Assembly: GCA_965602015.1 (NCBI GenBank)
Contig: OZ271918.1
Coordinates: forward strand, 3,776,001-3,840,000
DNA length: 64,000 nucleotides
DNA from: Salinispira sp.
GTDB taxonomy: Bacteria > Spirochaetota > Spirochaetia > DSM-27196 > Salinispiraceae
Reading direction: 5' to 3'
Shown here: piece by piece, positions 39,767 through 49,799 of the stretch
Numbering within the stretch: the first letter of the stretch is position 1
Layout: every line of letters starts with the position of its first letter
Notes under the pieces: model-generated
Told to the model about the DNA's origin: nothing
Database searches by the model: none
Seen by the model: the letters and a program-made list of their open reading frames with translations, nothing else
Made by a program: the position numbers and the translations under genes

Positions 39767-41230
39767 ATGAAAATAGCGATTGTCAGCACATCGGATATAG
39801 CAGGGGGTGCGGCTCGGGCAGCATATCGCCTTAAATTAGGTCTGCAGCAGAGCGGGCATGACGCTTCGTTTTATACCAGGGTAAAGCGGAGCAGAGATCC
39901 CGATGTAATACCGATATTCGTCAAGAACCGAATGTATTATCGCGAACATCCGCTATTAGTGGAGCTTGAAAATGAGGTAATCAATGTAAACAGACCCGAG
40001 GGAATGACGAACTACTTCACCATTCCTTTTGAGGGCTACGATTTGACCCAAATCGAGGGGATCATGAATGCCGATGTTATCAATCTCCACTGGGTTGATA
40101 ATTTTCTCAGTGCGGAAAGTATCGCCAAACTGCTGGCGGCCGGAAAGCGTATAGTATGGACGCTTCACGATCAATCGCCGTTTACCGGCGGTTGCCACTA
40201 CTCTGCGGGTTGTAAGGGCTACGAAACCACCTGCAGCGCCTGTCCGCAACTCTCCTCGAAGGTGAACAGCATAACCGCTGAGGTTTTACAAGACATGGTC
40301 TCCGCTTTGGATGACAGTTCCTTGACGGTTGTGGCTCCGAGCACCTGGATGGCGGATTGCGCCAAGCGCTCATCAGTGTTCCGAAATCAGGACGTCTGTG
40401 TAATCCCAAACAGCCTTGAGACCGACGTATTCGTTCCTTCACAGACCGAGAGAAGGGCAGTCGGCATTCTGTTCGGAGCCGAGAGCCTCAAAGCGACCAG
40501 GAAAGGATTCGCCCTACTTCTCGATGCGCTGAAGAGCATTTCCGTGCATAAAGAAATCCGCCGGATGGTCGATGAGCGTCAGATTGAACTGCTTACCTTC
40601 GGCAAGGCGGCCGATGAACTGGAAAGCTGCGGAATCCCTGTTAGATATCTCGGACATATAAAGGACGACCGTACACTTGCGAAGGTGTATTCCCAGGCGA
40701 CGGTTTTTGTTCTGCCGTCAATGGAAGATAATCTGCCCAATACCATCCTCGAAAGCTTCGCCTGCGGGACTCCGGTGATCGCCTTCGACACCGGCGGTAT
40801 CCCCGACCTTGTCAATGATGACGTCGGACGCCTGATTCCCGCCTTTGATACTGATAAACTGGGGGAGGCGATTCTTGAGATAGCATTGAATACGGAGTTG
40901 GCTCGGAGACTGGGAAACCGGGCTCGGGAAGTCGTATTATCCGGATATAAGCTGTCAGACCAGGCAGCTGCGTATGAGAAGCTTTTTTCTGAATTAGCTG
41001 CAACCAAGGGAACAGCTATCGGGAGTCAGAATCTCCCCGGTTCTACAACGCCATCTGACGGAAAACTCTACATTAGCAATTATTTTGTTTCGATGTACCG
41101 GATTGCTTTGACCAGATATCGGGAGCTTATTTTGGATGAATCCCGACGTAGATCCCTGTTCCAAAAAATGAAGAGCATACCCGTTCTCCGATCGGCATAT
41201 CAAATGCTTCAACTCCTCCTGCGAAGATAG
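39767..41230 (+). CDS. GT4 glycosyltransferase (WcaC-like)
   Basis: GGAARAAYRL, INLHW, WTLHD...TGGCHY and EDNLPNTILESFACGTP motifs. Confidence 0.88.
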   Translation: MKIAIVSTSDIAGGAARAAYRLKLGLQQSGHDASFYTRVKRSRDPDVIPIFVKNRMYYREHPLLVELENEVINVNRPEGMTNYFTIPFEGYDLTQIEGIMNADVINLHWVDNFLSAESIAKLLAAGKRIVWTLHDQSPFTGGCHYSAGCKGYETTCSACPQLSSKVNSITAEVLQDMVSALDDSSLTVVAPSTWMADCAKRSSVFRNQDVCVIPNSLETDVFVPSQTERRAVGILFGAESLKATRKGFALLLDALKSISVHKEIRRMVDERQIELLTFGKAADELESCGIPVRYLGHIKDDRTLAKVYSQATVFVLPSMEDNLPNTILESFACGTPVIAFDTGGIPDLVNDDVGRLIPAFDTDKLGEAILEIALNTELARRLGNRAREVVLSGYKLSDQAAAYEKLFSELAATKGTAIGSQNLPGSTTPSDGKLYISNYFVSMYRIALTRYRELILDESRRRSLFQKMKSIPVLRSAYQMLQLLLRR

Positions 41231-41242
41231 GGAAATGAAATA

Positions 41243-42160
41243 GTGCTTTCAATTATTATTCCCCTTCATATGAGAAATGAACATCTTGATTCTTGTATTA
41301 ACCAGTTAGCGCCTCTTGAGGAAGATCGTTTTCTTGTGTTTTTCGTTCTTGATGGTTCTCCACCCATATTTAAGGAACTCATCCATTCTTCGGGCCTGCA
41401 AAACCGCAGAATCCTTACTGGCGATGGGGAGTTATACTGGGGCGGGGCGATGAACCTCGGCATGCGTGAAGCCTTTGCTGCAGGTTCATCAGCCGTGTTA
41501 TGGCTGAATGACGACACTTCTTTCACGACCGATGATGTCCGGAAAATAGAGAAGTACCACCGCCTCTACCCCGACTTGATTCTCGGAGCCCAGCTCAAAG
41601 CTATTAATCTCGATGAAAGGGCTATCTATCATCGTGAATCCACTGCGCAGGAATGTACAGTCGAGTATCTGAACGGTAATTTTACCCTGGTCCCACGATC
41701 TGTCTATACGGCAATCGGGAACATAAATCCACGGAAATTCCCCCATTTTGCCGATGGTCCATATTTTGATTCTGCCCGTAGGATGGGTGCTCAGTTCTGT
41801 CTCGTGCCGGGACTGGAGGTTGGGATAACATACGACGTGCTCAGGCATCTTCCAATCCGGTGGCAATATTACTTAGGGACTGAAAGTCTGCTCGGGTTTC
41901 TGCGGAACCAGCTTCTAAGGAAAAATTCAAAGTGGTATCTGCCGTATCGGTTTCACTACTCGCGGAATCGGGGGGGCGGTTTGATAAAGGGTATCGTACG
42001 CTTCGTTTTTGCCGCAATAAGGGATTTTCATTTTTTGATTTTTCCGTTCGGACGAAATCGCTTCCGGCACAATCCTGAAGTATCGATCCAGCGGCATCTG
42101 CCGGAATTGGATGAAATCGCCAAGAAGGAGCTACTCCTGGAAATAGGGAGGAAGAACTGA
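41243..42160 (+). CDS. GT2 glycosyltransferase
   Basis: SIIIP, GDGELYWGGAMN, WLNDD and NGNFTLVP motifs. Confidence 0.8.
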   Translation: MLSIIIPLHMRNEHLDSCINQLAPLEEDRFLVFFVLDGSPPIFKELIHSSGLQNRRILTGDGELYWGGAMNLGMREAFAAGSSAVLWLNDDTSFTTDDVRKIEKYHRLYPDLILGAQLKAINLDERAIYHRESTAQECTVEYLNGNFTLVPRSVYTAIGNINPRKFPHFADGPYFDSARRMGAQFCLVPGLEVGITYDVLRHLPIRWQYYLGTESLLGFLRNQLLRKNSKWYLPYRFHYSRNRGGGLIKGIVRFVFAAIRDFHFLIFPFGRNRFRHNPEVSIQRHLPELDEIAKKELLLEIGRKN

Positions 42161-43281
42161 GTTTCTCAGATTATGCCTCGACAACGCTTCCACGCATAGT
42201 GTTTATCGCCCCGCTGCCTCCTCCTCATACCGGGCAGGCCATCGCCTGTCAGGAGGTCCTTGACGGCTTGTCGGAACGGTATGACTTCCTCACGGTCGAT
42301 TTCAACAAGGGGAATTTTTCCCATGGTGCGAACTCCCTTAGGCGGGTTGCCGAGGTATTCGGAAACCTTCGCGATGCGGCCCGCTGCGTGAAGAATGCGG
42401 ATGCGGTATATCTCACGCTTTCTCAATCGATCGCCGGAAATCTTAAGGATCTCGCCTTTTTGTTCCTCACACGCGGCCGGCCGCAAATTGTTCATCTGCA
42501 TGGCAGCGGCATAGGGCGCCTCGTATTCTCAAAGCCGCTCCTGAAGATGCTTAACCGAAGAGCCTACCGTCGGGTTAAAAAAATTATCGTGCTGAGCGAT
42601 TCCCTTGCCTCGAATTTCGAAGGAATCGCTCTCCGACGGAAAATAATTTCGGTGGCAAACGGGGTGCCGCGGGATTTGTTTATTGGCACATCGGGAATGG
42701 CTGAGAAGCATGAGAATTCAGATGTGGTGAACTTTCTGTTTATGAGCAACCTTATCCGGGGCAAGGGATATGAAGAATTGCGGAATGCCGGTTTCATGCT
42801 GAACAGCAAGGGACTGGCCCAGAAATATTCGTTGACCTTCGTCGGGAACTTCGGCGATGAACAGCACGAGAGGGATTTCGTCGCGAGTATTTCAGACACG
42901 GCGAACATGGAATACCGGGGATTCGCCTGGGGCGAAGATAAACGCCGACTTCTAATGCAGAGCCATGTGTTCGCCCTCCCTAGTTCATACCCATACGAGG
43001 GTCAGCCAATCTCCATCCTTGAAGCCTATGCCGCCGGCTGTGCGGTTATCACCTCACGGCAGGGAGGCATTCCGGATATTTTCAGTGACGGCGTAAATGG
43101 GTTCGAGGTCGAGCCGCGCTCCGTGGAGAGCATCGCTGAAGCAATGGAGAGAACAATTTCAGAGCCGGAGCTCCGCAGAAAAATCTCCCTTACTAATCGC
43201 GCGACAGCAGATCAACATTTTACTCTTGAGCGATATATAGACGGGATGAACCAGGCGTTTGCCGAGGTGGTCGGGCAATGA
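42157..43281 (+). CDS. GT4 glycosyltransferase (start either CTG 42157 or GTG 42199)
   Basis: PLPPPHTG, HLHG, KG and EGQPISILEA motifs. Confidence 0.85.
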   Translation: MSFSDYASTTLPRIVFIAPLPPPHTGQAIACQEVLDGLSERYDFLTVDFNKGNFSHGANSLRRVAEVFGNLRDAARCVKNADAVYLTLSQSIAGNLKDLAFLFLTRGRPQIVHLHGSGIGRLVFSKPLLKMLNRRAYRRVKKIIVLSDSLASNFEGIALRRKIISVANGVPRDLFIGTSGMAEKHENSDVVNFLFMSNLIRGKGYEELRNAGFMLNSKGLAQKYSLTFVGNFGDEQHERDFVASISDTANMEYRGFAWGEDKRRLLMQSHVFALPSSYPYEGQPISILEAYAAGCAVITSRQGGIPDIFSDGVNGFEVEPRSVESIAEAMERTISEPELRRKISLTNRATADQHFTLERYIDGMNQAFAEVVGQ

Positions 43282-44483
43282 TAAGCAATAATTCAAAACG
43301 CCCTCGGCTTCTGGTCATCCAGCAGCTTTTTTACCCCGATATCTCCGCGGTTTCCCAGTTGCTGACTGAACTGCTCGGCGCGCTTAGCGGCCCTTATGAT
43401 ATTACCGTGCTGTGCACCACTGCTTACAACGACTTAGGCCAGGGGAAAGCCGCTCCCGATGAAGTCGGAGGTGTCAAAATCAAGCGGGTTAAGGTCTTCA
43501 AGCTCGGCAAGGCCAACCTTGCCCGGCGGGTCCTTGAGAACCTTCGTTTTTATCTTTCGACCTTGTTCCATGTGCTTTTTAGCGCCGACTACGATTTGAT
43601 AGTTGCCATGACCAGCCCGCCGTTCATCGGCTACGCCGCCGCTTTGGGGAACCTTCCGCATAAAAAGCGGCCTCTTATCCATTACGTCGAGGATGTTTTC
43701 CCCGAACTGCTATTCGATATCGGCATGATTCGCGCGCCGTGGTACGTCAGACGGCTTGCCCATTTCAGTCGGTTTGCCTACCGTCACAGTGAGGGGATAA
43801 TCACCATCGGCTCCTACATGCGTAGAAAACTTGCTTGGAACTATGGTATTCCCGAATCGGAAATAAGGGTTGTTGAAAACTGGGTCAGCGACGTGGAGTA
43901 TGCCGAACCTAAGGACTTCACCTCGGGGTTGAATCTGCTCTACTCGGGTAATGCGGGCATGGCGCATGATTTCTCCCTGCTAGATGAGCTTGTGTTATTT
44001 TTTGCCTCAAATGAGCGAATTCGGCTTACATTCGTGGGAGGCGGTCATCAATATGCTGAGCTTCGCGATCAATACAAAACGGTATTGGGAGATCGCGCTG
44101 ATTTTTTCGGCTATGTAGACAAAGAGCGGCATGGCGAAGTCCTGTCATCAGGTCATGTAATGATAATCTCCCAGCGCGAGGATACCGTGGGCGACATACT
44201 CCCTTCAAAACTGTACAGCTACCTGGCTGCCGGGCGGCCGCTATTGTTCCTCGGGCCGGCAAACTCGGAGATCGGCGAGCTTATCAAAGCAGAGGGAGTC
44301 GGCGCAGTGCTTGAATCCCGTGATCAGCTTGAGCCGGCAATTGAGTGGCTCGATTCCCTGTTAAGCAATTATTCTGCTTACAAAGGATTATGCCGAAGAA
44401 TCCGCAAGCTCTTTGAAGACCGCTATACCCTGACGCGCGCTGTCATGCAGTTCGATCAGGTTGTTCGGGAGGTTCTGCCTTGA
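43278..44483 (+). CDS. GT4 glycosyltransferase (WcaI/WbuB-like)
   Basis: FYPD, TSPP, DVFPE, YSGNAG and PSKLYSYLAAGRP motifs. Confidence 0.85.
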   Translation: MISNNSKRPRLLVIQQLFYPDISAVSQLLTELLGALSGPYDITVLCTTAYNDLGQGKAAPDEVGGVKIKRVKVFKLGKANLARRVLENLRFYLSTLFHVLFSADYDLIVAMTSPPFIGYAAALGNLPHKKRPLIHYVEDVFPELLFDIGMIRAPWYVRRLAHFSRFAYRHSEGIITIGSYMRRKLAWNYGIPESEIRVVENWVSDVEYAEPKDFTSGLNLLYSGNAGMAHDFSLLDELVLFFASNERIRLTFVGGGHQYAELRDQYKTVLGDRADFFGYVDKERHGEVLSSGHVMIISQREDTVGDILPSKLYSYLAAGRPLLFLGPANSEIGELIKAEGVGAVLESRDQLEPAIEWLDSLLSNYSAYKGLCRRIRKLFEDRYTLTRAVMQFDQVVREVLP

Positions 44484-45277
44484 AAACCTTCAAGCCCAAG
44501 AATCCGAACTGGTATTGGCTTCTTCTCGGTGATTTGCTTGTATTTGCCGTTGCTATTCTGGTTTCATGGTTCATCAGAGCGAGACTCGGTGCAGTGATGT
44601 CCGAGCTTCTCTATGAGTTTACCAACCTTGTGAAAATTATGCCCCTGATAGTGTCTGTACGAATTCTGTCTAATGTCGTCTTCGACATGTATTCGGTCCG
44701 GCTGGGGCGGCTGCGTGTAAATGACATCAGCAGGATTTTTGTCATCTATATCGCTCCCACGGCGGTGTTTATCCTGCTCAGGATCTATTCAACCAACTAC
44801 TTTCTGCTTCTGCCATTCACCGTAATACTCATCGAGTATGCCCTCTCTGTATTTTGCAGCGTCCTGATACGGCTTATCTACATCAACATCCAATATCGTC
44901 TTGTGCGGAAAAAATCGGCCCATTACCGTGAGTTGCTTGTCTATGGTGATATTAACGAGCTTGAGCCTTTGGACCTTTCCGGAAAAATGCAGAGGGGATT
45001 GATTAATGTTAACGCAATCATAAGCCCCAATCCCCTCCAGTGGGAGGATCACTACCAGTCGATACCCATTGTCGGCGATATTGATTATATCCACCGCGTG
45101 TTGAAATACAATAATCAAGTTTCCGGCGTGCTTATCGCCAATCCTGCAAACGTGACGAACAAGCGCTTGGAGCGGCTTATCGAGATTTGTGAAAACCTGA
45201 ATTTGGACTTAATCGGATATGGAGTTGATGATCTGAAGTATATACGGAACTTCATTCGGAATGTGTTTAAACCGTAA
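44480..45277 (+). CDS. Membrane protein resembling only the N-terminal 4-TM + Rossmann part of CapD/PglF or WbaP-type proteins
   Basis: Four TM segments followed by a degenerate LLVYG...IPIVG...VLIA domain; no catalytic domain. Confidence 0.55.
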   Translation: MKTFKPKNPNWYWLLLGDLLVFAVAILVSWFIRARLGAVMSELLYEFTNLVKIMPLIVSVRILSNVVFDMYSVRLGRLRVNDISRIFVIYIAPTAVFILLRIYSTNYFLLLPFTVILIEYALSVFCSVLIRLIYINIQYRLVRKKSAHYRELLVYGDINELEPLDLSGKMQRGLINVNAIISPNPLQWEDHYQSIPIVGDIDYIHRVLKYNNQVSGVLIANPANVTNKRLERLIEICENLNLDLIGYGVDDLKYIRNFIRNVFKP

Positions 45278-45394
45278 ATTTTATCTGACTCTTCCTGCAG
45301 GATGTACCTGTTCCATCGAAGAGGCTTTTGCGGGAACGGCGTCAGGGCGCTGCCCATCGGCAATACCCCGGGGCATTGCCGAGAAAAACGACTC

Positions 45395-45527
45395 ATGCAA
45401 TTGAATTTACTTTTACGCTGCTATAAAGTGCCTATTGTTCAATAATTGAACAATAAACCCCTCCGAGTAGTGTGTTTCGGCCGCATTCGGGTGATAAATC
45501 GTAGTATTTTATGAATGTCGACTTCGA
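45395..45527 (+). promoter_or_regulatory. Polysaccharide-operon promoter/operator/leader, copy 2
   Basis: 127/133 identical to 31707-31839; palindrome at 45433-45455; lies directly upstream of the regulator gene. Confidence 0.8.
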
Positions 45528-45625
45528 ATTGCAGGTGCGTCGCCGTACTGAGTTATGTAGAAGGAGTCGGACCTCCGTGTGTTTATCGCCCGTTGTCACC
45601 GCTTTCGATCAGCAAACTAGGGAAC

Positions 45626-46201
45626 ATGTCAGAATCAATCGTTTCAAATCCCGACACTGAATACCAGGCCCTCAAGGTCATTGAAGACCTGCACGCAACC
45701 GGTTCCTCGGTGAAGCAAGCGCCTTCGCAGCGTGATTTCGCCAGGGCCCTCGATATGAGCGTGGGTATGACGAACACCATAATAAAGCGCCTGGTCAGCA
45801 AAGGCTGGCTCGTTATTAACCGAATCAACGGCCGCAACCTTTCATACGCTCTCACACCCGAAGGAACCCGGGAGGTTGCCCGGCGCAGCTATCGTTACCT
45901 CCGGCGCACCATCGGCAATGTGGTGCGCTGGAAGGAAGCCGTTGATCAGGTGGTCCTGGCGGCAAAGGAAGACGGATGCACACGGGTTCTGCTCATCGGC
46001 GACAGCGACCTTGATTTTATTGTTGAACATGCCACCCAACGCCACGGGCTTGTATTTGTACGGAGCGCAGGATTGTCGGTGACCGCGGGCGAAGGGTTTC
46101 GGAGCGGCACACTCGTCATCTTTAGCGAGCAGCAAGAATCGGATGCAGAAGCTTGCGGGATGTATAAAAGCATCCTTCATTTAAGAGATGTTATAGCGTG
46201 A
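45626..46201 (+). CDS. Winged-helix (EPS-associated MarR-like) transcriptional regulator
   Basis: SQRDFARALDMSVGMTNTIIKRLVSKGW...YALTPEG; C-terminal Rossmann-like VLLIG domain. Confidence 0.85.
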   Translation: MSESIVSNPDTEYQALKVIEDLHATGSSVKQAPSQRDFARALDMSVGMTNTIIKRLVSKGWLVINRINGRNLSYALTPEGTREVARRSYRYLRRTIGNVVRWKEAVDQVVLAAKEDGCTRVLLIGDSDLDFIVEHATQRHGLVFVRSAGLSVTAGEGFRSGTLVIFSEQQESDAEACGMYKSILHLRDVIA

Positions 46202-46280
46202 TCCGCGTAAAGCATCTAGCTTGTAGTGAGGTATCAAAATAAATCTAAAGAAAATTCGAGCCCGTTTTTCTAGCTCCGAA

Positions 46281-47591
46281 ATGAAGAATATTCTGTCTAA
46301 TTCTGTTTGGATGATTTTAGAAAAAATTGTTCAGATGATTTTTGGTGTTTTTGTCGGGATATGGGTCGCCCGCTATCTCGGGCCTGGAGACTTTGGCGTA
46401 TTCAGTTACAGCATCGCCTTTGTTGGCTTTTTTCTTCCGTTCACTAGCCTGGGGCTTAATCATATTTTGACCAGGGATTTAGTGCTTGAAAGACAGAATG
46501 AGTTCGAAATTCTGGGAACAGCCTGGACGCTCAGGGCGGTGTCGGGATTTTTGGCAATTGCCTTGTCCTTATTGGTAGTCTATTTTCTTCGTGGAAATGA
46601 ACGATCCGTAGTGCTGTTCGTGGGACTGTTATCCCTGGGACAGGCCTTCAAGGCTTTCCTTGTAATCGACTTTTGGTACCAGTCGAATGTCCGCTCCAAA
46701 TTTGTTGTCATCTCTCGGGTGATAGGGCTGGCAATATCAAATGCACTGAAAATCCTCGTGATTGTTACCGGTCAAAACCTTGAATTATTCGTGGTTGTCA
46801 TGTTCGTGGAATACAGTCTGCCACAGTTTCTATTGGCGATAACCTATCGTGCCCAAGGTCAAAAACTCAGAAACTGGGTTTTTAATACCTCGCGAGCAGT
46901 CAGCTATTTACGGCAGGGATGGCCTCTAATTCTTTCAGGATTCGCAGCTCAGCTCTATTTGCGGATTGACGTCGTGATGATCGGAGAAGTACTCACCGAT
47001 ACTGACGTAGGATTGTACTCCGCTGCGGCACGACTTTCCGAAATATGGTATGTGATTCCCGCTTCGGTGGTCTCGTCGATGTTTCCAAAAATTCTGCGGC
47101 TCCGGAAAGAGTCGAAGAATAGTTATGGGCGGAGGCTTCAGCAGATATATTCCCTCCTTGCATTTTCCGGTTATTCGATTGCCCTGGTGGTTTCCGTGAC
47201 TGCACCCTTTCTCATCCAACTATTGTTTGGAGAGGATTATTCGAGATCTGTTCCAGTACTGCTGGTTCACATCTGGGCCGGCGTCTTTATTTTCATGCGA
47301 ATACTTTTTAGCAAATGGATTATTTCCGAGGGGAAATTCTACCTTTCCATACTCACCCAGGGGGGCGGAGCGCTCCTTAATATCGTTCTGAACATCCTGC
47401 TTATTCCCAGGCTTGGCATCATCGGCGCGGCTTGGGCGACGCTGATCTCCTATGCGGGGGCGTCCTATGGCATTTTGTTTTTCAATCGGGACACATGGGT
47501 AACTGCCCGAATGATGACCAGGGCGCTGTTTTTTCCCCTCACTATGTGGAATGACTTTAATTTGCGGAGGAACAATGAGTCGAATTCCTAA
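46281..47591 (+). CDS. wzx: Polysaccharide flippase
   Basis: ARYLGP..FG, YLRIDVVMI, VGLYSAA and LLIPRLGIIGAAWAT motifs; about 12 TM segments. Confidence 0.88.
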   Translation: MKNILSNSVWMILEKIVQMIFGVFVGIWVARYLGPGDFGVFSYSIAFVGFFLPFTSLGLNHILTRDLVLERQNEFEILGTAWTLRAVSGFLAIALSLLVVYFLRGNERSVVLFVGLLSLGQAFKAFLVIDFWYQSNVRSKFVVISRVIGLAISNALKILVIVTGQNLELFVVVMFVEYSLPQFLLAITYRAQGQKLRNWVFNTSRAVSYLRQGWPLILSGFAAQLYLRIDVVMIGEVLTDTDVGLYSAAARLSEIWYVIPASVVSSMFPKILRLRKESKNSYGRRLQQIYSLLAFSGYSIALVVSVTAPFLIQLLFGEDYSRSVPVLLVHIWAGVFIFMRILFSKWIISEGKFYLSILTQGGGALLNIVLNILLIPRLGIIGAAWATLISYAGASYGILFFNRDTWVTARMMTRALFFPLTMWNDFNLRRNNESNS

Positions 47592-48630
47592 TGCAGTTGT
47601 TGCGGTTTTACGTACGGTAAGGAATTCTGTTGATTTTATCCTTACCAGAGTTGTGGTAAAGAGCGGGTTCCTTTCCAGCCTTTATTATACATTTTTCTCA
47701 AGATCATTTTATAAAGAACACCGCGCCCTTATCGCCGGGAGGATACGCTACGCCCGGGAGGCTAAGGGGGACGGGAACTCATCAGTGCTGTTGCGGCGAA
47801 ACGTTCATCGTATGGAAAAGGGGTTAATCATGCGGCCCCGACGACCGATCTTCGCGCGCAGTTATATCATTGAAACCGTGGCGGCATTCGAAGATTTGAT
47901 ACAATACTGCGGTGAGGACTGTGATCAACGCGAAGAGCTGCAATGGGCTCACGATGTGTTGGCTGAGTACTTCTCCATCACCGATGTCACCGATGATGCG
48001 GTCAATGCCGCCCGAAAACAGTTCGAATCCTTGCCACCAATCCAAGATGGTCGTCAACTCAAGCCATATGTCCGGGATCTTGAAGGGCTCCCGCCTGTTG
48101 ATTATGAAAGTATGCTCGAGCTTGCTAAGAGAAGACGCTCAGTGCGTTGGTATGATCAGCGGCCGGTTGCCCGTGAAACCATCGATAAGGCAATGGTAGT
48201 GGCGGGATACTCACCTAGTGCATGTAATCGTCAACCATTCGAATTCAGGATCGTTGACGCCCCGGATAAAATTGCTGAAATATCATCGATTCCCATGGGG
48301 ACAAAAGGGTTTAATCACAATTTCCCGGGAGTAATTGCTGTCGTGGGGCGATTGAGTGCGTATTTTCATGATCGCGATAAACACGTCATATATATTGATG
48401 CTTCTCTTGCGGCCATGTCGTTTCTGTACGCGTTAGAGACCTTGGGGGTCGCAAGTTGTATTATAAATTGGCCAGATATTCCGAAGCTGGAGCGGAAAAT
48501 GGAAAAGGCTTTGGAACTGAGGGCAGATGAACGTGTGGTAATGTTGATTTCTTATGGCCATCCCGACCCTACAGGAATGGTGCCTTATTCACAAAAGAAA
48601 AACCTGAAGCAACTGCGGAGATACAACTGA
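47575..48630 (+). CDS. Nitroreductase-family protein (polysaccharide-locus type)
   Basis: HRMEKGL, RRRSVRWY, SPSACNRQP and ASCIINW motifs; SD GGAGG. Confidence 0.85.
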   Translation: MSRIPNAVVAVLRTVRNSVDFILTRVVVKSGFLSSLYYTFFSRSFYKEHRALIAGRIRYAREAKGDGNSSVLLRRNVHRMEKGLIMRPRRPIFARSYIIETVAAFEDLIQYCGEDCDQREELQWAHDVLAEYFSITDVTDDAVNAARKQFESLPPIQDGRQLKPYVRDLEGLPPVDYESMLELAKRRRSVRWYDQRPVARETIDKAMVVAGYSPSACNRQPFEFRIVDAPDKIAEISSIPMGTKGFNHNFPGVIAVVGRLSAYFHDRDKHVIYIDASLAAMSFLYALETLGVASCIINWPDIPKLERKMEKALELRADERVVMLISYGHPDPTGMVPYSQKKNLKQLRRYN

Positions 48631-49799
48631 TGTATGTGGAATTGCGAGGTGTGGGATTTATAAACAAGGGCGCAGAGCTGATGCTCTTGGCAATGGTTAA
48701 AAAAATTCGGGGGAGGTATCCGGACGCCGTTTTCGTAATGGCGCCTACAACGAAAAAAGGCAATGCTCCATATGCAAACCGTGCAAAACTCGGGTTCATG
48801 CAGAAGGCTTGGTTGTGGCGGTGGGGGCTGCCGGTCGGTGACCTGGCACGCATTTTGCCAAGGCGGATTAGGGAAATGTATGGTATAGTGCTTGATTCCG
48901 AAATTGATGTGGTACTCGACGCAGCAGGTTTTGCCTACTCCGATCAGTGGGGAGCAAAAGATACCGTGCTTTTCGGTAAGGCGTGCAGGAGATGGCACCG
49001 CCAAGGAACGAAGGTGATACTGCTACCCCAGGCATTCGGCCCTTTCACCTCCCCAAAAATAAAAACCGGAATTTCCAATGCCGTCAAAAACTCCGACTTG
49101 GTTTTCGCAAGGGAACAGACCTCCTATGACTATCTCTGCTCTGCTGCCGGTAGCCGACTTCCGAACATGTATGTGGCGCCGGATTTTACAAATTTACTGC
49201 AGGCTGAATTGCCCGAAGATCCCTCAGAATACAAAAATAGGATTTGCATTATTCCCAACTACCGGATGATCGATAGGACCTCCAAAGAAGCAAAAGATTT
49301 ATATGTCCCGCTTATGGCCAGACTGGTTTCCATGGCGCATGAGAATGGAGGACGCCCTTTTGTTTTGGTCCACGAAGGGGAGAAGGATTACAATCTGGCT
49401 CTTGAAATAATCTCGCAATCGCAGATTTCCGCAGACATAGTTGTCGAAAGCGATCCATTGAGAGTTAAGGGGATAATCGGATTGTGCCGGGCTACAATTG
49501 GGAGCCGATTCCATGGACTTGTCAGTAGTCTTAGTCAAGGTGTTCCTGCGCTGGGCACAGGGTGGAGTCATAAATATAAAATTCTATTTGAGGACTATGG
49601 CTGTCCGGAATCGCTTTTGCCGGTTTCAATTGACGAAGATACCTTGGCTATGCAGATGCGGAAATTGAACTCCGAGTCAGAATACGACGAACTGCGTAAA
49701 GTAATTCTGCGGCACGGTTCCGCGCTAAAAGACAAATCGGAAAAAATGTGGACCATGGTGTTCAAAGAACTGCAAAAAACCGGAAGGGAAGATCTATGA
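48630..49799 (+). CDS. Polysaccharide pyruvyl-transferase family protein (WcaK-like)
   Basis: NKGAELM, PQAFGPF, ARE, APD, GSRFHG and WSHKY motifs. Confidence 0.82.
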   Translation: MYVELRGVGFINKGAELMLLAMVKKIRGRYPDAVFVMAPTTKKGNAPYANRAKLGFMQKAWLWRWGLPVGDLARILPRRIREMYGIVLDSEIDVVLDAAGFAYSDQWGAKDTVLFGKACRRWHRQGTKVILLPQAFGPFTSPKIKTGISNAVKNSDLVFAREQTSYDYLCSAAGSRLPNMYVAPDFTNLLQAELPEDPSEYKNRICIIPNYRMIDRTSKEAKDLYVPLMARLVSMAHENGGRPFVLVHEGEKDYNLALEIISQSQISADIVVESDPLRVKGIIGLCRATIGSRFHGLVSSLSQGVPALGTGWSHKYKILFEDYGCPESLLPVSIDEDTLAMQMRKLNSESEYDELRKVILRHGSALKDKSEKMWTMVFKELQKTGREDL

